Assembly (NCBI GenBank): GCA_039815185.1
Contig: JBCBZT010000063.1
Span: 1-37,500 of the forward strand
Direction of reading: 5' to 3'
DNA length: 37,500 nucleotides
Origin: Cyanobacteria bacterium P01_A01_bin.123
GTDB taxonomy: Bacteria; Cyanobacteriota; Cyanobacteriia; Phormidesmidales; Phormidesmidaceae
Part shown: piece by piece, positions 18,648 through 30,672 of the stretch
Position numbering within the stretch: position 1 is the first letter of the stretch
Layout of the letters: each line of letters starts with the position of its first letter
Program-made: the position numbers and the translations under genes
The notes under the pieces: generated by a model
Seen by the model: only the letters and a program-made list of their open reading frames with translations
Database searches by the model: none
What the model was told of the DNA's origin: nothing

Positions 18648-20000
18648 ATGTGGTTTATGACAGAATGGCTGATTATTTTTACGCGCTACCCCTTACCGGG
18701 CACAACTAAAACGCGGTTGATTCCAGCATTAGGCCCAGAAAGGGCTGCTGATTGCCAGCGCCAAATGACTGAACATACGGTCGCGATCGCGCGATCGCTA
18801 CAGACAGTGCGTCCCGTTCATATCGATATTCGCTTTACTGGCGGTACCCAGATCCAGATGCAGCAATGGCTAGGCACTGATCTGGCTCTAGTTCCACAAG
18901 GTGAGGGTGATTTGGGAGCCCGACTCAGCTGCAGCTTTCAAACGGCTTTTGACAACGGTGCGACGCGAGTGATCGCCATTGGCATTGATTGTCCCCAATT
19001 AGATCGACGACGATTAGTCCAAGCTTTTGAAAGCCTGCATCAACAGACTGGGGTAATCGGCCCTGCAACTGATGGGGGTTATTACCTCATTGGGCTTAGT
19101 CAATGGGTGCCTGAACTGTTTAACCAAATTGCTTGGGGGACAGAAACTGTCTTAGCAGAAACTCAAGCGATCGCCGCCGCGCGGCAGATCGCTTTGGCTT
19201 ACCTCGATCCCCTCAACGATGTCGACTATCCCGAGGATTTAACATTATGGCAACAGGTCAAAGCTAACCCTGCTGCGACTGCCATTTCCGTAATCATTCC
19301 GCTATTAAATGAAGCCCAGACGATTGATGCCACGCTTGATCATCTATTGCTAGCTCCCCAGGAGCCAACTCTCCCCAACCCTCCAGCCCTCCCCCCCTCT
19401 ATTGAGGTGATTGCCGTGGATGGGGGTAGCCAAGACAATACAGTAGAAAAGGTGCGCGATCGCGGCATTCCCGTCATCCAAACCCAGCCCAACCGAGCCT
19501 ATCAAATGAATATCGGCGCCCAAGCTGCGACGGGTGACTGTTTGCTATTCCTCCACGGCGATTCCTGGCTGCCACCAGATTTTGGCCCTCAAGTGCAGCA
19601 GTGTTTGAGCCAACCCGATGTCATCGCTGGTGCATTCGACCTTAAGATTCGAGACCCTTACTTTAGCCTCCGCTGGGTAGAGTGGGGAATTTACTGGCGA
19701 TCGCGATGGTTTCAAATGCCCTATGGGGATCAGGGAATTTTTCTGAAAGCTGAGACATTTCACAGGCTTGGAGGGTTTCCAAACCTGCCGATCATGGAAG
19801 ACTTCGAATTTGTTCGCCAGCTTAAACAACAGGGACGAATTGCAATGGTGCCTAACCCAGTGCATACCTCAGCCCGTCGATGGCAGGCTTTAGGCGTGGT
19901 TAGAACCACACTAATCAATCAAGTCATGATTGCCGCTTACGCCCTAGGCGTATCCCCTTGCACGCTGGCTCACTGGTACCGCCAACAAAAGCGATCCTAA
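18648..20000 (+). CDS. fused TIGR04282 (DUF2064) + TIGR04283 (GT2) glycosyltransferase, arsenosugar-biosynthesis-associated families
   Basis: N-half FTRYP.PG.TKTRL, QGEGDLG.RL, IGIDCP, GPATDGGYYLIG, DVDYPEDL; C-half ISVIIP.LNEA, VDGGSQD.T, LFLHGD, PYGDQGIF, PIMED; start may be ATG 18657. Confidence 0.9.
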   Translation: MWFMTEWLIIFTRYPLPGTTKTRLIPALGPERAADCQRQMTEHTVAIARSLQTVRPVHIDIRFTGGTQIQMQQWLGTDLALVPQGEGDLGARLSCSFQTAFDNGATRVIAIGIDCPQLDRRRLVQAFESLHQQTGVIGPATDGGYYLIGLSQWVPELFNQIAWGTETVLAETQAIAAARQIALAYLDPLNDVDYPEDLTLWQQVKANPAATAISVIIPLLNEAQTIDATLDHLLLAPQEPTLPNPPALPPSIEVIAVDGGSQDNTVEKVRDRGIPVIQTQPNRAYQMNIGAQAATGDCLLFLHGDSWLPPDFGPQVQQCLSQPDVIAGAFDLKIRDPYFSLRWVEWGIYWRSRWFQMPYGDQGIFLKAETFHRLGGFPNLPIMEDFEFVRQLKQQGRIAMVPNPVHTSARRWQALGVVRTTLINQVMIAAYALGVSPCTLAHWYRQQKRS

Positions 20001-20568
20001 AAAGATAAGCAATGGGTTCGAGACCAAGCTTCTTAAGCAGTTTATTAGAGCTCATGTAGCAACCTTGTCCACAGTCATATCCAAATTTAGGGTTCTTGCT
20101 TTTAGGGTTTTAGGGCGCTTCTCCCCGGCTGAGGTCTTTGACGCGAGTGTGGTTGACAGAGTTTGTTTCTCAGTTTCTTAATCATCTGAAACATTTTGAA
20201 GCTGTCTTTAATCCCTGCTGATCTAACCTTCTGATGTCATCACTTTCTCAATGGGCAATTAAGCAGGATTGACTTCATCCCAAAACGGCTTTGGAGAGAG
20301 GCTAATCTGCTTGGCACAAAGACTCAACAAAACCATTTGGTGAATTAATCTGATATGATCAAATAAATGATAACCATAGCTGCTTAGGCTCCATAAAACC
20401 TGATAAAAAGCAGGCTGAGTTTTAGAGTTTCGATGGTCTTGAGAATGTCAAAGCTATTTTTATGGTAGGCACGTTGTGTCTAGGTGGCTACTTAAGATCC
20501 GGGCTTACGTTCAGGGATGCTGTAAACGATCGGCAGATTAGGACAGACAACGCTGCGGAGGTTACTGA

Positions 20569-21024
20569 GTGATTGCTATTTCGCCGCCTTCTGCGGAGCA
20601 AAAATGGGAGACACTGAGTTTCCCATCTACGCTTTATCTCCAACCTATCCTAGACCTCTTGATTACCCATGTTCCGGCTAGGTGGCAAGCAGAGGTTCGC
20701 TTAGGTCTGCAAGAGGCACTCGTTAATGCGGCAAAACACGGCAACGATCTAGATCCAGGCAAGCCAGTATTGGTGCGATACTCAATTCATCGCAATCAGT
20801 TTAGGTGGATTATCTCGGATCAAGGCCATGGGTTTAACCCACCGATGAAGTGCAAGTGTCAATCTGGCATTGAAAGCACTAACTTTAAAAGCGTTGGTGA
20901 CTGTGGTCGAGGGCTGTTCCTGCTTTATCAGATTTTCGATCAAGTTCAGTGGACTAGCCAAGGGCGCGAACTCCATCTCAGCAAACATATCAAGCGCTGG
21001 GCTCGGAATCCGTTGGTTTGTTAG
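20569..21024 (+). CDS. pmgA: PmgA-like anti-sigma-factor / HATPase_c kinase
   Basis: LSFPSTLYLQPILDLL, VRLGLQEALVNAAKHGN.LDP.K, ISDQGHGF, GRGL.LLYQIFDQV.W; GGAGG before GTG. Confidence 0.85.
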   Translation: MIAISPPSAEQKWETLSFPSTLYLQPILDLLITHVPARWQAEVRLGLQEALVNAAKHGNDLDPGKPVLVRYSIHRNQFRWIISDQGHGFNPPMKCKCQSGIESTNFKSVGDCGRGLFLLYQIFDQVQWTSQGRELHLSKHIKRWARNPLVC

Positions 21025-21337
21025 GCGTACTGGGCTTTTGCTTGTCTCCATGGGTAGGGCAAGGGGGAGCCGAAATAGAGCGATCCAGCCAGCCAACAGA
21101 CTGTTGGAGCCGAGCTAGGGCTTCTTCTGGTTCTGCTTTCAGTAGGTAGACTAGAGCAGCGGCAGTCTGTTCTTGTGCTCTCACGGTACGATTACGATTC
21201 AGGCGATGCCAGTCTTGGGGCGCGATCGCGAGTTGAGCGGCGAGGGCTTGGGCCAATGCCAGCGGATCACAATGCTGTAAATCCTGAGCGGTCAAAGTCG
21301 CGATCTGCTGAGTGGGTGCACTTTTGGAAAGAGTCAT
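20990..21337 (-). CDS. conserved cyanobacterial protein (DUF6439-like)
   Basis: LAQALA..LAI.P.DWHRL..NR..RA.EQ.AAAL...GWLDRSISAPPCPTHG; 3' end overlaps pmgA by 35 bp. Confidence 0.78.
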   Translation of the reverse strand: MTLSKSAPTQQIATLTAQDLQHCDPLALAQALAAQLAIAPQDWHRLNRNRTVRAQEQTAAALVYLLKAEPEEALARLQQSVGWLDRSISAPPCPTHGDKQKPSTPNKPTDSEPSA

Positions 21338-21393
21338 AGGAACGCTCTAAACAACCTAAGCTAGGGTGGGCGCTATCTTAATATTACTCACCA

Positions 21394-21783
21394 ATGGACA
21401 GAGATAAGGGGAACGGCGATCGAAAATCTCGATTAAACGCATCGCGTCAGGGAAAAGCGACTCACGACATTTCACCCGAAGACTTAGCCGCTTTCGAAGG
21501 GGCACTGCGGGAAGTTGATCAATCCCTACGCGCTTTAAAGCGTCGATACGTCGAAATTCGTCGGGCTCAAACCCAGCGCGCCCAGTTGGTCGACCAAGCT
21601 CAACAGCCAGATTTACCTCAAGATGAATTGCTAGCCATTGGTCATCAAATTGAGCAGCTTGAGGCCACATTAGAGAGCAAACTGTTTCACTGGGCTCAAC
21701 TCAAGGAGCCCTTCTGGCAGGTGATTCGTTTCAGCGGATTGGGCATCATTTTGGGCTGGATCCTGAAAAGCTGTGCCGGTTGA
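21394..21783 (+). CDS. coiled-coil protein with C-terminal membrane anchor
   Basis: LREVDQSLRALKRRY...LEATLESKLF.W..LKEPFWQVIRFSGLGIILGWILKS. Confidence 0.78.
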   Translation: MDRDKGNGDRKSRLNASRQGKATHDISPEDLAAFEGALREVDQSLRALKRRYVEIRRAQTQRAQLVDQAQQPDLPQDELLAIGHQIEQLEATLESKLFHWAQLKEPFWQVIRFSGLGIILGWILKSCAG

Positions 21784-21854
21784 GGAACCAATTACAGACC
21801 AATCGCAAGGCAGTTCTTGTACCCTTGAAAAAATGGCGTAATCGTTAAAGCAGT

Positions 21855-23246
21855 ATGACCCCCCAACGGATTAAACACATCCTCAAAGCTGGCCAACCCG
21901 GTGACACTATTGCGATTCAAGGTTGGATTCGAACCAAGCGGGCCGCAAAAGAATTGACATTTATCGAGGTGAATGACGGGTCTTCTATGGCAGGGTTACA
22001 AGCCATCATCAGCGAGACCTTGCCAGACTATGAAACAGTTGTGAAACAGTTGGGGACGGGAACCTCTGTCGAACTGTCGGGTCAACTGGTTGAGTCTCCT
22101 GGGAAAGGTCAGCGTGTAGAACTCCAGGCATCACAGATATCAGTATTTGGCGAGGCCGATAGTGAAACCTATCCGCTGCAAAAAAAGCGGCATTCTTTCG
22201 AGTTTTTGAGAACCATTGGCCATCTGCGATCGCGCACCAATACATTGGGAGCGGTCTTTCGTATTCGCAATGCCTGCGCCACCGCTATTCACCAGTTTTT
22301 TCAGGAACGAGATTTTCTTTGGGCCCACACGCCCATACTCACCGCCAGTGATGCTGAAGGCGCAGGGGAAATGTTTACGGTTACCAGCCTAGACTTGAAC
22401 CAACTGCCCCGTGAACCCGACAACGCGGTGGACTATCGTCAAGACTTTTTTGGTAAACCCACTTATCTCACTGTCAGTGGCCAACTCGAAGCCGAGATCA
22501 TGGCAATGGCGTTCACCAACGTTTATACCTTTGGCCCTACCTTCCGGGCCGAAAACTCCAACACTTCGCGCCACTTAGCTGAGTTTTGGATGATCGAACC
22601 CGAAGTGGCCTTCTGCAACCTAGAAGGCAACATGGATTTAGCTGAAGCCTTTTTGAAATATATCTTTCGCTACGTTCTGGAACATTGCCCAGAAGATATG
22701 GAATTTTTCAACCAGCGGATTGATCAGTCGGTATTAGCCACTGCTGACAATATCATCAACAGCGAATTTGAGCGGATTACCTACACTGATGCGATCGCGC
22801 TGCTGGAGAAAACCGATCAAAAATTTGAATTCCCGGTGGAATGGGGGATTGATCTGCAATCAGAACACGAACGCTACCTAGCAGAAAACTACTTTCAGAA
22901 ACCTGTCATTGTCACTGACTACCCCGTCGGCATTAAAGCCTTCTACATGCGGCTCAACGACGATCAGAAAACCGTCGCTGCGATGGATGTACTCGCGCCC
23001 AAAGTGGGCGAAATTATCGGCGGATCCCAACGGGAAGAGCGTCTCGATGTGTTGGAGCGCAGAATTACAGAAGCTGGGCTACCGGTAGAAGCCTACTGGT
23101 GGTATCTCGATCTACGCCGATACGGTACCGTGCCCCATGCAGGCTTTGGGTTGGGATTTGAACGGTTGGTACAGTTTATGACTGGCATGACCAACATCCG
23201 TGATGTCATTCCCTTCCCGCGCACCCCAGACAACGTAGAGTTTTAG
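21855..23246 (+). CDS. asnS: asparagine--tRNA ligase
   Basis: [62 protein letters not shown]. Confidence 0.98.
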   Translation: MTPQRIKHILKAGQPGDTIAIQGWIRTKRAAKELTFIEVNDGSSMAGLQAIISETLPDYETVVKQLGTGTSVELSGQLVESPGKGQRVELQASQISVFGEADSETYPLQKKRHSFEFLRTIGHLRSRTNTLGAVFRIRNACATAIHQFFQERDFLWAHTPILTASDAEGAGEMFTVTSLDLNQLPREPDNAVDYRQDFFGKPTYLTVSGQLEAEIMAMAFTNVYTFGPTFRAENSNTSRHLAEFWMIEPEVAFCNLEGNMDLAEAFLKYIFRYVLEHCPEDMEFFNQRIDQSVLATADNIINSEFERITYTDAIALLEKTDQKFEFPVEWGIDLQSEHERYLAENYFQKPVIVTDYPVGIKAFYMRLNDDQKTVAAMDVLAPKVGEIIGGSQREERLDVLERRITEAGLPVEAYWWYLDLRRYGTVPHAGFGLGFERLVQFMTGMTNIRDVIPFPRTPDNVEF

Positions 23247-23337
23247 CACCCATCAACCCACACCGAGGCAAAAAATTCGGCATAGTAGTAGGGATGAGCG
23301 ATCGCGTCATTTTCTTCTCTACTCTGCAAATTGACCT

Positions 23338-25422
<2,085 letters not shown>

Positions 25423-25444
25423 GGGTAATACCTCCAAAATAACC

Positions 25445-25840
25445 GTGACATCATCGACTACACCACTGGAGATTAATTTGCCAGAAGTTTTGGCTGAGGT
25501 TACCGCTGCGTTTCAACGCTATGAAACAGCACTGGTGACTAATGATGTTGCCGTATTAGACGAGCTCTTTTGGCAAAGTGCCCAGACAATCCGCTACGGG
25601 GCGACAGAAAACTTGTATGGGTACGATGCGATCGCAGCTTTTCGGGCAGGTCGTCCGACAAAGGATCTCAGTCGAGAACTAACCCATACAGTGATTACCA
25701 CCTACGGTGAGCATTTTGCTACGGCCAACACCGAATATCGACGCCTGACCTCCGGTCGTATGGGTCGTCAAAGCCAAACATGGATGAAAACGGCAGCAGG
25801 CTGGCGGGTCGTGTCAGCCCACGTCTCTTTCTTGGCCTAG
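25445..25840 (+). CDS. hpxZ: HpxZ/AtzH-like (DUF3225) protein
   Basis: [34 protein letters not shown]...[21 protein letters not shown]. Confidence 0.85.
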   Translation: MTSSTTPLEINLPEVLAEVTAAFQRYETALVTNDVAVLDELFWQSAQTIRYGATENLYGYDAIAAFRAGRPTKDLSRELTHTVITTYGEHFATANTEYRRLTSGRMGRQSQTWMKTAAGWRVVSAHVSFLA

Positions 25841-26253
25841 CCCACCCCCCTGCAGGCATCATCGTTATCGCAAATAGGGTAGGCCGATTGATAGGTCTGC
25901 GATCGCTTACCAAACCAAGCATACCGATTGTCACGGATTTGTTCGTAGGCGCGATCGCCCAAGGGCTTCATCCCGGGTAGCGATCGATAAAAATCGACAA
26001 AAACTTGACCCATCGGCAACAGTCGACCAATTTCTTCAGCCGCGTCGCTGCCTTGCCAGCGTTGTTCGGGGTTATCAGCATCGAGCACAATCATCCCCAG
26101 TTCACAATCTACTGGCGTAATGCCATACATTGTTAGGGTTTCAGCATCTTGCATAGGCGCATATTGAAACCGATCGCCCTTGTCTAATTTTTCTAAAAAC
26201 TGCACCAGTGAAGTGCATAGATTACAGTTGCCGTCGTAGATCACGCAATACAT
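25837..26253 (-). CDS. DCC1-like thiol-disulfide oxidoreductase (DUF393)
   Basis: [10 protein letters not shown] (DxxCxxC), Y.QIRDNRY.WFGK. Confidence 0.9.
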   Translation of the reverse strand: MYCVIYDGNCNLCTSLVQFLEKLDKGDRFQYAPMQDAETLTMYGITPVDCELGMIVLDADNPEQRWQGSDAAEEIGRLLPMGQVFVDFYRSLPGMKPLGDRAYEQIRDNRYAWFGKRSQTYQSAYPICDNDDACRGVG

Positions 26254-26327
26254 AGCAAATTTCCAGTCGTCTAACCCACACTTTCAGATCTCCCTCCAAT
26301 GATAGACTTCCAATGTTTTCCGATTTT

Positions 26328-26346
26328 CTTAACCAGACCTTTACAT
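26328..26346 (+). promoter_or_regulatory. cyanobacterial Pho box (SphR-type)
   Basis: CTTAACCA-gac-CTTTACAT, 11-bp period fitting PyTTAAPyPy(T/A); TAGCTT -10 candidate at 26355-26360; upstream of pstS. Confidence 0.7.
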
Positions 26347-26500
26347 TGGGGGTGTAGCTTTCTCTGTGAAACCCTAGTCATGAGTAGCCAAATCACATCC
26401 AGATTAGGAACTTGAGTTTTAGCTTAAGCCAGACCCATGGATGTGACCTAGGTTTAGGACTGGGTGAAAACCAAATTCCGGTTAGGGAGTCAAGCCTTTC

Positions 26501-27523
26501 ATGTTACTCAATCTTCGTTCTATGCGTTTTGCATACTCCGTATCCTTGGTCGCTTTGCTAGCCAGCCTTGGCGCTTGCGCCAGCCCCAGCGACGACACTG
26601 CAACCACAGATGAAGGGGGCGCTGAGACTTCTGAAGCTCCCGAAGGCGGTTCTGACGTATCTGGTAGCATCACCATTGACGGTTCCAGCACGGTTTTCCC
26701 AATTTCCGAAGCCATGGCTGAGGAATTCCAGCTTGCTAATCCCGACGTTCAGATTACCGTGGGTGCCTCTGGTACTGGGGGTGGCTTTGAGAAATTCTGC
26801 AACGGTGAAACTCAAGTTTCAAATGCTTCTCGTGAGGTAAAGCCCGAAGAAATCGAAGCCTGTGCTGAAGCTGGCATCGAAATGATTGAAGTGCCGGTTG
26901 CAACCGACGCTTTAACCGTCGTGGTGAACCCCGAAAATGACTGGGCTGCCTGCATGACGCTCGAAGAGCTGAACACCGTCTGGGCACCTGAAGCTCAAGG
27001 CACAGTCGATAACTGGAATCAAATCAATCCTGAGTACCCTGATGCAGAGCTTGTACTCTATGGTCCTGGAACAGACTCCGGTACCTTCGACTACTTCACC
27101 GATGAAATCAACGGTGAAGAAGGGGCCAGCCGGGGCGACTACACCGCTAGTGAAGACGACAACGTCTTGGTTCAAGGGGTAGAAGGTGACGTTAACGCCT
27201 TGGGCTACTTCGGATATGCCTACTACTTTGAAAACCAAGATCGGATGAAGTCGGTTGAAATCGACGGTGGTGAAGGTTGCGTTGCGCCCAACGAAGAGAA
27301 CGTTCTCGATGGCAGCTATGCTCCCCTCTCCCGTCCTCTGTTCATCTACGTTCAGAAAGAAGCTTACGAAAGTGACGAAACTGTCAAAGCTTTCATTGAC
27401 TTCTATCTTGATCCGACCAACAGTCCATTCGTTGCCGACACTGGCTACGTGATCTTGAACGATGAGCAATACGCTGCATCCCAAGCCAAAGTAGAATCTG
27501 GTGAAGTTAAGGCGGTCGAATAA
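26501..27523 (+). CDS. pstS: phosphate ABC transporter substrate-binding lipoprotein
   Basis: Lipobox LGAC; IDGSSTVFPI, SGTGGGFEKFC, DSGTFDYF, SEDDNVLV, YAPLSRPLFIYV. Confidence 0.96.
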   Translation: MLLNLRSMRFAYSVSLVALLASLGACASPSDDTATTDEGGAETSEAPEGGSDVSGSITIDGSSTVFPISEAMAEEFQLANPDVQITVGASGTGGGFEKFCNGETQVSNASREVKPEEIEACAEAGIEMIEVPVATDALTVVVNPENDWAACMTLEELNTVWAPEAQGTVDNWNQINPEYPDAELVLYGPGTDSGTFDYFTDEINGEEGASRGDYTASEDDNVLVQGVEGDVNALGYFGYAYYFENQDRMKSVEIDGGEGCVAPNEENVLDGSYAPLSRPLFIYVQKEAYESDETVKAFIDFYLDPTNSPFVADTGYVILNDEQYAASQAKVESGEVKAVE

Positions 27524-27542
27524 ATTCGGCTAGCCTGAAGTA

Positions 27543-27582
27543 GAGGGGCTGGGGCAATGTCACTTTTTTGCCCTGGCTCTTT
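27543..27582 (+). terminator. GU-rich stem-loop after pstS (partial terminator or mRNA stabiliser)
   Basis: GAGGGGCTGGGGCAA...TTGCCCTGGCTCTTT. Confidence 0.5.
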
Positions 27583-27687
27583 ACCTGTTAAATAAACTGG
27601 TGCGATCACCCTGCTGATCTTGCACTGAACAACGCCTCCTTCCACAGCTAACCCCCGCTTGCCGACCTGTATTTAGCAAGGCTGAAC

Positions 27688-28641
27688 ATGACTGATAGCG
27701 CTTTCCCAGGACCCTCGTCGGGAGACATTGCCCAAAGCGATCGCTGGCAACCCAATCGCTCGGCGAGTAAGCTCTCTCAACGTATTGTTGTTATTATTTT
27801 TGGTGCTTTTGCCTTTGTCTCAGTCGCCACGACTTTTGGCATTGTAGCAACACTCATCTTTGAGACAATTGAGTTTTTCTTAGAAGTCTCGCCCATTGAA
27901 TACTTCACATCAACTCAATGGACACCGTTATTTGCTAACCCTAGGTTTGGCGTCATCGTGCTGTTGTGCGGAACATTTTTGACGTCTGTGATTGGCCTAT
28001 TGGTTTCCATTCCCTTAGGGTTGCTGGCGGCAATTTGCTTGAGCGAGTACGCGCCGCGATCGCTGCGAGCCTGGCTGAAACCCATTTTAGAAGTTTTGGC
28101 AGGCGTCCCTACGGTTGTGTTCGGATATTTCGCAGTTTTGTTCGTCACGCCCTTCCTCAAAGCCTTCATCCCCGGTTTGGGCACCTTTAATTCCTTAAGT
28201 GCAGGCATTGTCTTGGGGTTTGCCATTTTGCCAACAATTGCCTCTCTAAGCGAAGATGCCATCTTTTCAGTCCCTTTAAGTTTGCGGCAAGGCTCCTATG
28301 CTTTGGGAGCCACCAAGCGCGAAACCATCACCGGGGTGGTTTTACCTGCTGCGCTATCTGGTATTGTTGCCTCGGTTGTTTTGGGTGTGGCTCGGGCTGT
28401 GGGTGAAACGATGATTGTCACCCTGGCTGCTGGACAAAGCCCAACACTCACGCTTGATCCACGGAGTGCTGTACAAACCATGACGGCATTTATTGTGCAG
28501 GTGACCAAGGGAGATGCCCCTTACGGCTCTTTGGAGTTTAAGACGCTGTTTGCTGTCGGTATGACGTTGTTTGTGATTACCCTGGGGCTGAATGCATTCA
28601 GCTTCTGGTTTGTGCGTAAGTTCCAGGAGAAATACGACTAA
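27688..28641 (+). CDS. pstC: phosphate ABC transporter permease PstC
   Basis: LKPILEVLAGVPTVVFG, EDAI..VP..LRQGSYALGAT, RAVGETM. Confidence 0.95.
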   Translation: MTDSAFPGPSSGDIAQSDRWQPNRSASKLSQRIVVIIFGAFAFVSVATTFGIVATLIFETIEFFLEVSPIEYFTSTQWTPLFANPRFGVIVLLCGTFLTSVIGLLVSIPLGLLAAICLSEYAPRSLRAWLKPILEVLAGVPTVVFGYFAVLFVTPFLKAFIPGLGTFNSLSAGIVLGFAILPTIASLSEDAIFSVPLSLRQGSYALGATKRETITGVVLPAALSGIVASVVLGVARAVGETMIVTLAAGQSPTLTLDPRSAVQTMTAFIVQVTKGDAPYGSLEFKTLFAVGMTLFVITLGLNAFSFWFVRKFQEKYD

Positions 28642-29558
28642 TGGTAAGCGACGCTAAATTTCAAGCAACTGAGAAAGCTCGTTTCAAGCCTAATCTTGAG
28701 GGTCGGTATCGGTTCGATAAGATTTTCAAGACAGTTTGTTGGATTGCTACGTTCACGGGCGTAGTCGTCTTGGCAATCCTGTTGATCGGTGTCCTGATTA
28801 ACGGTATTCCAGCTCTCAGTCTTGACTTTATTACTAGCCCCCCCTCTCGTCGCCCAGAACGAGCCGGAATCTGGCCCCCCTTAATTGGGACAATCTATTT
28901 GCTGGTAATTACGGCTTCCGTTGCTTTCCCGGTGGGTGTCGGGGCAGGGCTTTTCCTAGAAGAATTTTCAAAAGACAACTGGTTGGCTAAGGCCATCGAA
29001 ATCAACATCGGTAATCTAGCCGCAGTACCGTCGATTATTTATGGCCTGTTAGGGTTAACGGTATTTGCTCGGATTCTATCCCCAATTACCGGCGGGCGAA
29101 GCGTCCTAGCCGGTGGGCTGACCCTAGCGCTGTTAATTCTGCCCGTGATCATTGTCGCGACGAGGGAAGCCTTGAGGGCCGTCCCAGACAGCCTGCGAAT
29201 GGCGGGAATGGCTTTGGGGTCAACCCGTTGGCAAACGGTACGCGCCCATGTGCTTCCCCAAGCCTTTCCGGGTATTTTAACAGGGACGATTTTGGCGCTC
29301 TCGCGGGCGATCGGCGAAACAGCCCCCTTGCTGGTGGTTGGGGCAGCAACCTTTGTGCCCTTTGCACCAGGGTTCTCATTAGAAGGATTACAGTCCACGT
29401 TTACGGCAATGCCCATTCAGATCTTTAGCTGGGTTGGGCGACCGCAAGACGGATTCGAGGTGATTGCGGCTGGGGCCATTATCGTGCTGATGATAGTGTT
29501 GCTGATTATGAACGCAGCCGCTATTACCTTGCGAAATCGGTTCCAAACAGGCCGCTAG
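28641..29558 (+). CDS. pstA: phosphate ABC transporter permease PstA
   Basis: NLAAVPSIIYGLLG, REALRAVP, SRAIGETAPL; 1-bp overlap with pstC. Confidence 0.95.
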   Translation: MVSDAKFQATEKARFKPNLEGRYRFDKIFKTVCWIATFTGVVVLAILLIGVLINGIPALSLDFITSPPSRRPERAGIWPPLIGTIYLLVITASVAFPVGVGAGLFLEEFSKDNWLAKAIEINIGNLAAVPSIIYGLLGLTVFARILSPITGGRSVLAGGLTLALLILPVIIVATREALRAVPDSLRMAGMALGSTRWQTVRAHVLPQAFPGILTGTILALSRAIGETAPLLVVGAATFVPFAPGFSLEGLQSTFTAMPIQIFSWVGRPQDGFEVIAAGAIIVLMIVLLIMNAAAITLRNRFQTGR

Positions 29559-29637
29559 TCAGTGACTGCGACTGAACCCTTTGAGCCAACCTTGTATTGT
29601 GTATCGTTTGAAGTTTATCGTCTAAGAGACTGTTCCC

Positions 29638-30456
29638 ATGCAATCCCAGCAAACCCAATCTTCACAGTCCGAAGCTACCAGTGAGCGCGTTTTTCACGTT
29701 GATAACACCAGCTATTATTACGGGTCTTTCAAGGCGGTTAGGGGTGTTAACCTGGAAATTCCATCGAATAAAATTACTGCTTTTATCGGCCCTTCGGGTT
29801 GTGGTAAAAGTACGGTTTTGCGATGCTTCAACCGCCTTAACGATTTGATCGCAGGGGCACATATCCAGGGTCGTATTACCTATCGTGGCACTGATATCTA
29901 TGACAAGAAGGTTGATGCTACAGAATTGCGACGCAAGATTGGCATGGTGTTCCAAAAGCCCAACCCTTTTCCTAAGTCAATTTATGACAACATTGCTTTT
30001 GGAGCCCGTATTAACGGCTTCCAAGGCAACATGGATGAATTGGTTGAAACTTCCCTTAAGGGTGCCGCGCTGTGGGACGAGGTGAAAGATAAACTCCAAG
30101 AGAGTGGGCTGTCGATCTCGGGTGGTCAGCAGCAACGTTTATGCATTGCTCGGGCGATCGCAATCGAGCCTGAGGTCATCCTAATGGATGAACCTTGTTC
30201 TGCCCTTGACCCAATTTCAACCCTAAAGGTTGAAGAGCTGATGCATGACTTGAAGGAAAACTACACGATTATCATCGTTACCCACAACATGCAGCAGGCG
30301 TCGCGGGTATCCGATAAAACCGCCTTCTTCAACGCGGAAGCAACTGAGACGGGTAGCAAGGTGGGCTATCTGGTGGAATTCGATGAAACCCAGACCATCT
30401 TCAGCAATCCCAAGGAAGAATACACCCGCGATTACGTTTCTGGCCGATTTGGTTAG
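29638..30456 (+). CDS. pstB: phosphate ABC transporter ATPase PstB
   Basis: [55 protein letters not shown]. Confidence 0.97.
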   Translation: MQSQQTQSSQSEATSERVFHVDNTSYYYGSFKAVRGVNLEIPSNKITAFIGPSGCGKSTVLRCFNRLNDLIAGAHIQGRITYRGTDIYDKKVDATELRRKIGMVFQKPNPFPKSIYDNIAFGARINGFQGNMDELVETSLKGAALWDEVKDKLQESGLSISGGQQQRLCIARAIAIEPEVILMDEPCSALDPISTLKVEELMHDLKENYTIIIVTHNMQQASRVSDKTAFFNAEATETGSKVGYLVEFDETQTIFSNPKEEYTRDYVSGRFG

Positions 30457-30492
30457 AAACGGACTATACACACAGTTCAAGTAGACAAAGTG

Positions 30493-30520
30493 AGGTGCGG
30501 CAATGCTGCACCTTTTTATT
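30493..30520 (+). terminator. Rho-independent terminator of pst operon
   Basis: AGGTGCGGC-AAT-GCTGCACCT followed by TTTTATT. Confidence 0.8.
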
Positions 30521-30625
30521 TATAGCGCTGGCCAGATTGCTTAATGCACCGAGTAGCGCCAGGATGCTGAGTATACAAGCAATCTGGCTCGCGGTAGCGC
30601 ACAAAGCTTTGTGGCTACCGCTATA
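30521..30625. repeat. ~105-bp structured dispersed repeat (MITE-like), copy 2
   Basis: Perfect terminal inverted repeat TATAGCG...CGCTATA; same internal hairpins as 7522..7627. Confidence 0.9.
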
Positions 30626-30672
30626 GTCGAGTCAGATCTGGGCATAGCGTCACAGACAAAATTTTGTATTGT

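Noticed and set aside
20086..20115. Three TTTAGGG heptamers
   Set aside because: Too short and irregular to distinguish from chance.
26912..27484. 190-aa antisense ORF in pstS (and similar shadows in kaiC, MFS, pstC/A, uvrB)
   Set aside because: Expected from codon bias of the real gene on the opposite strand.
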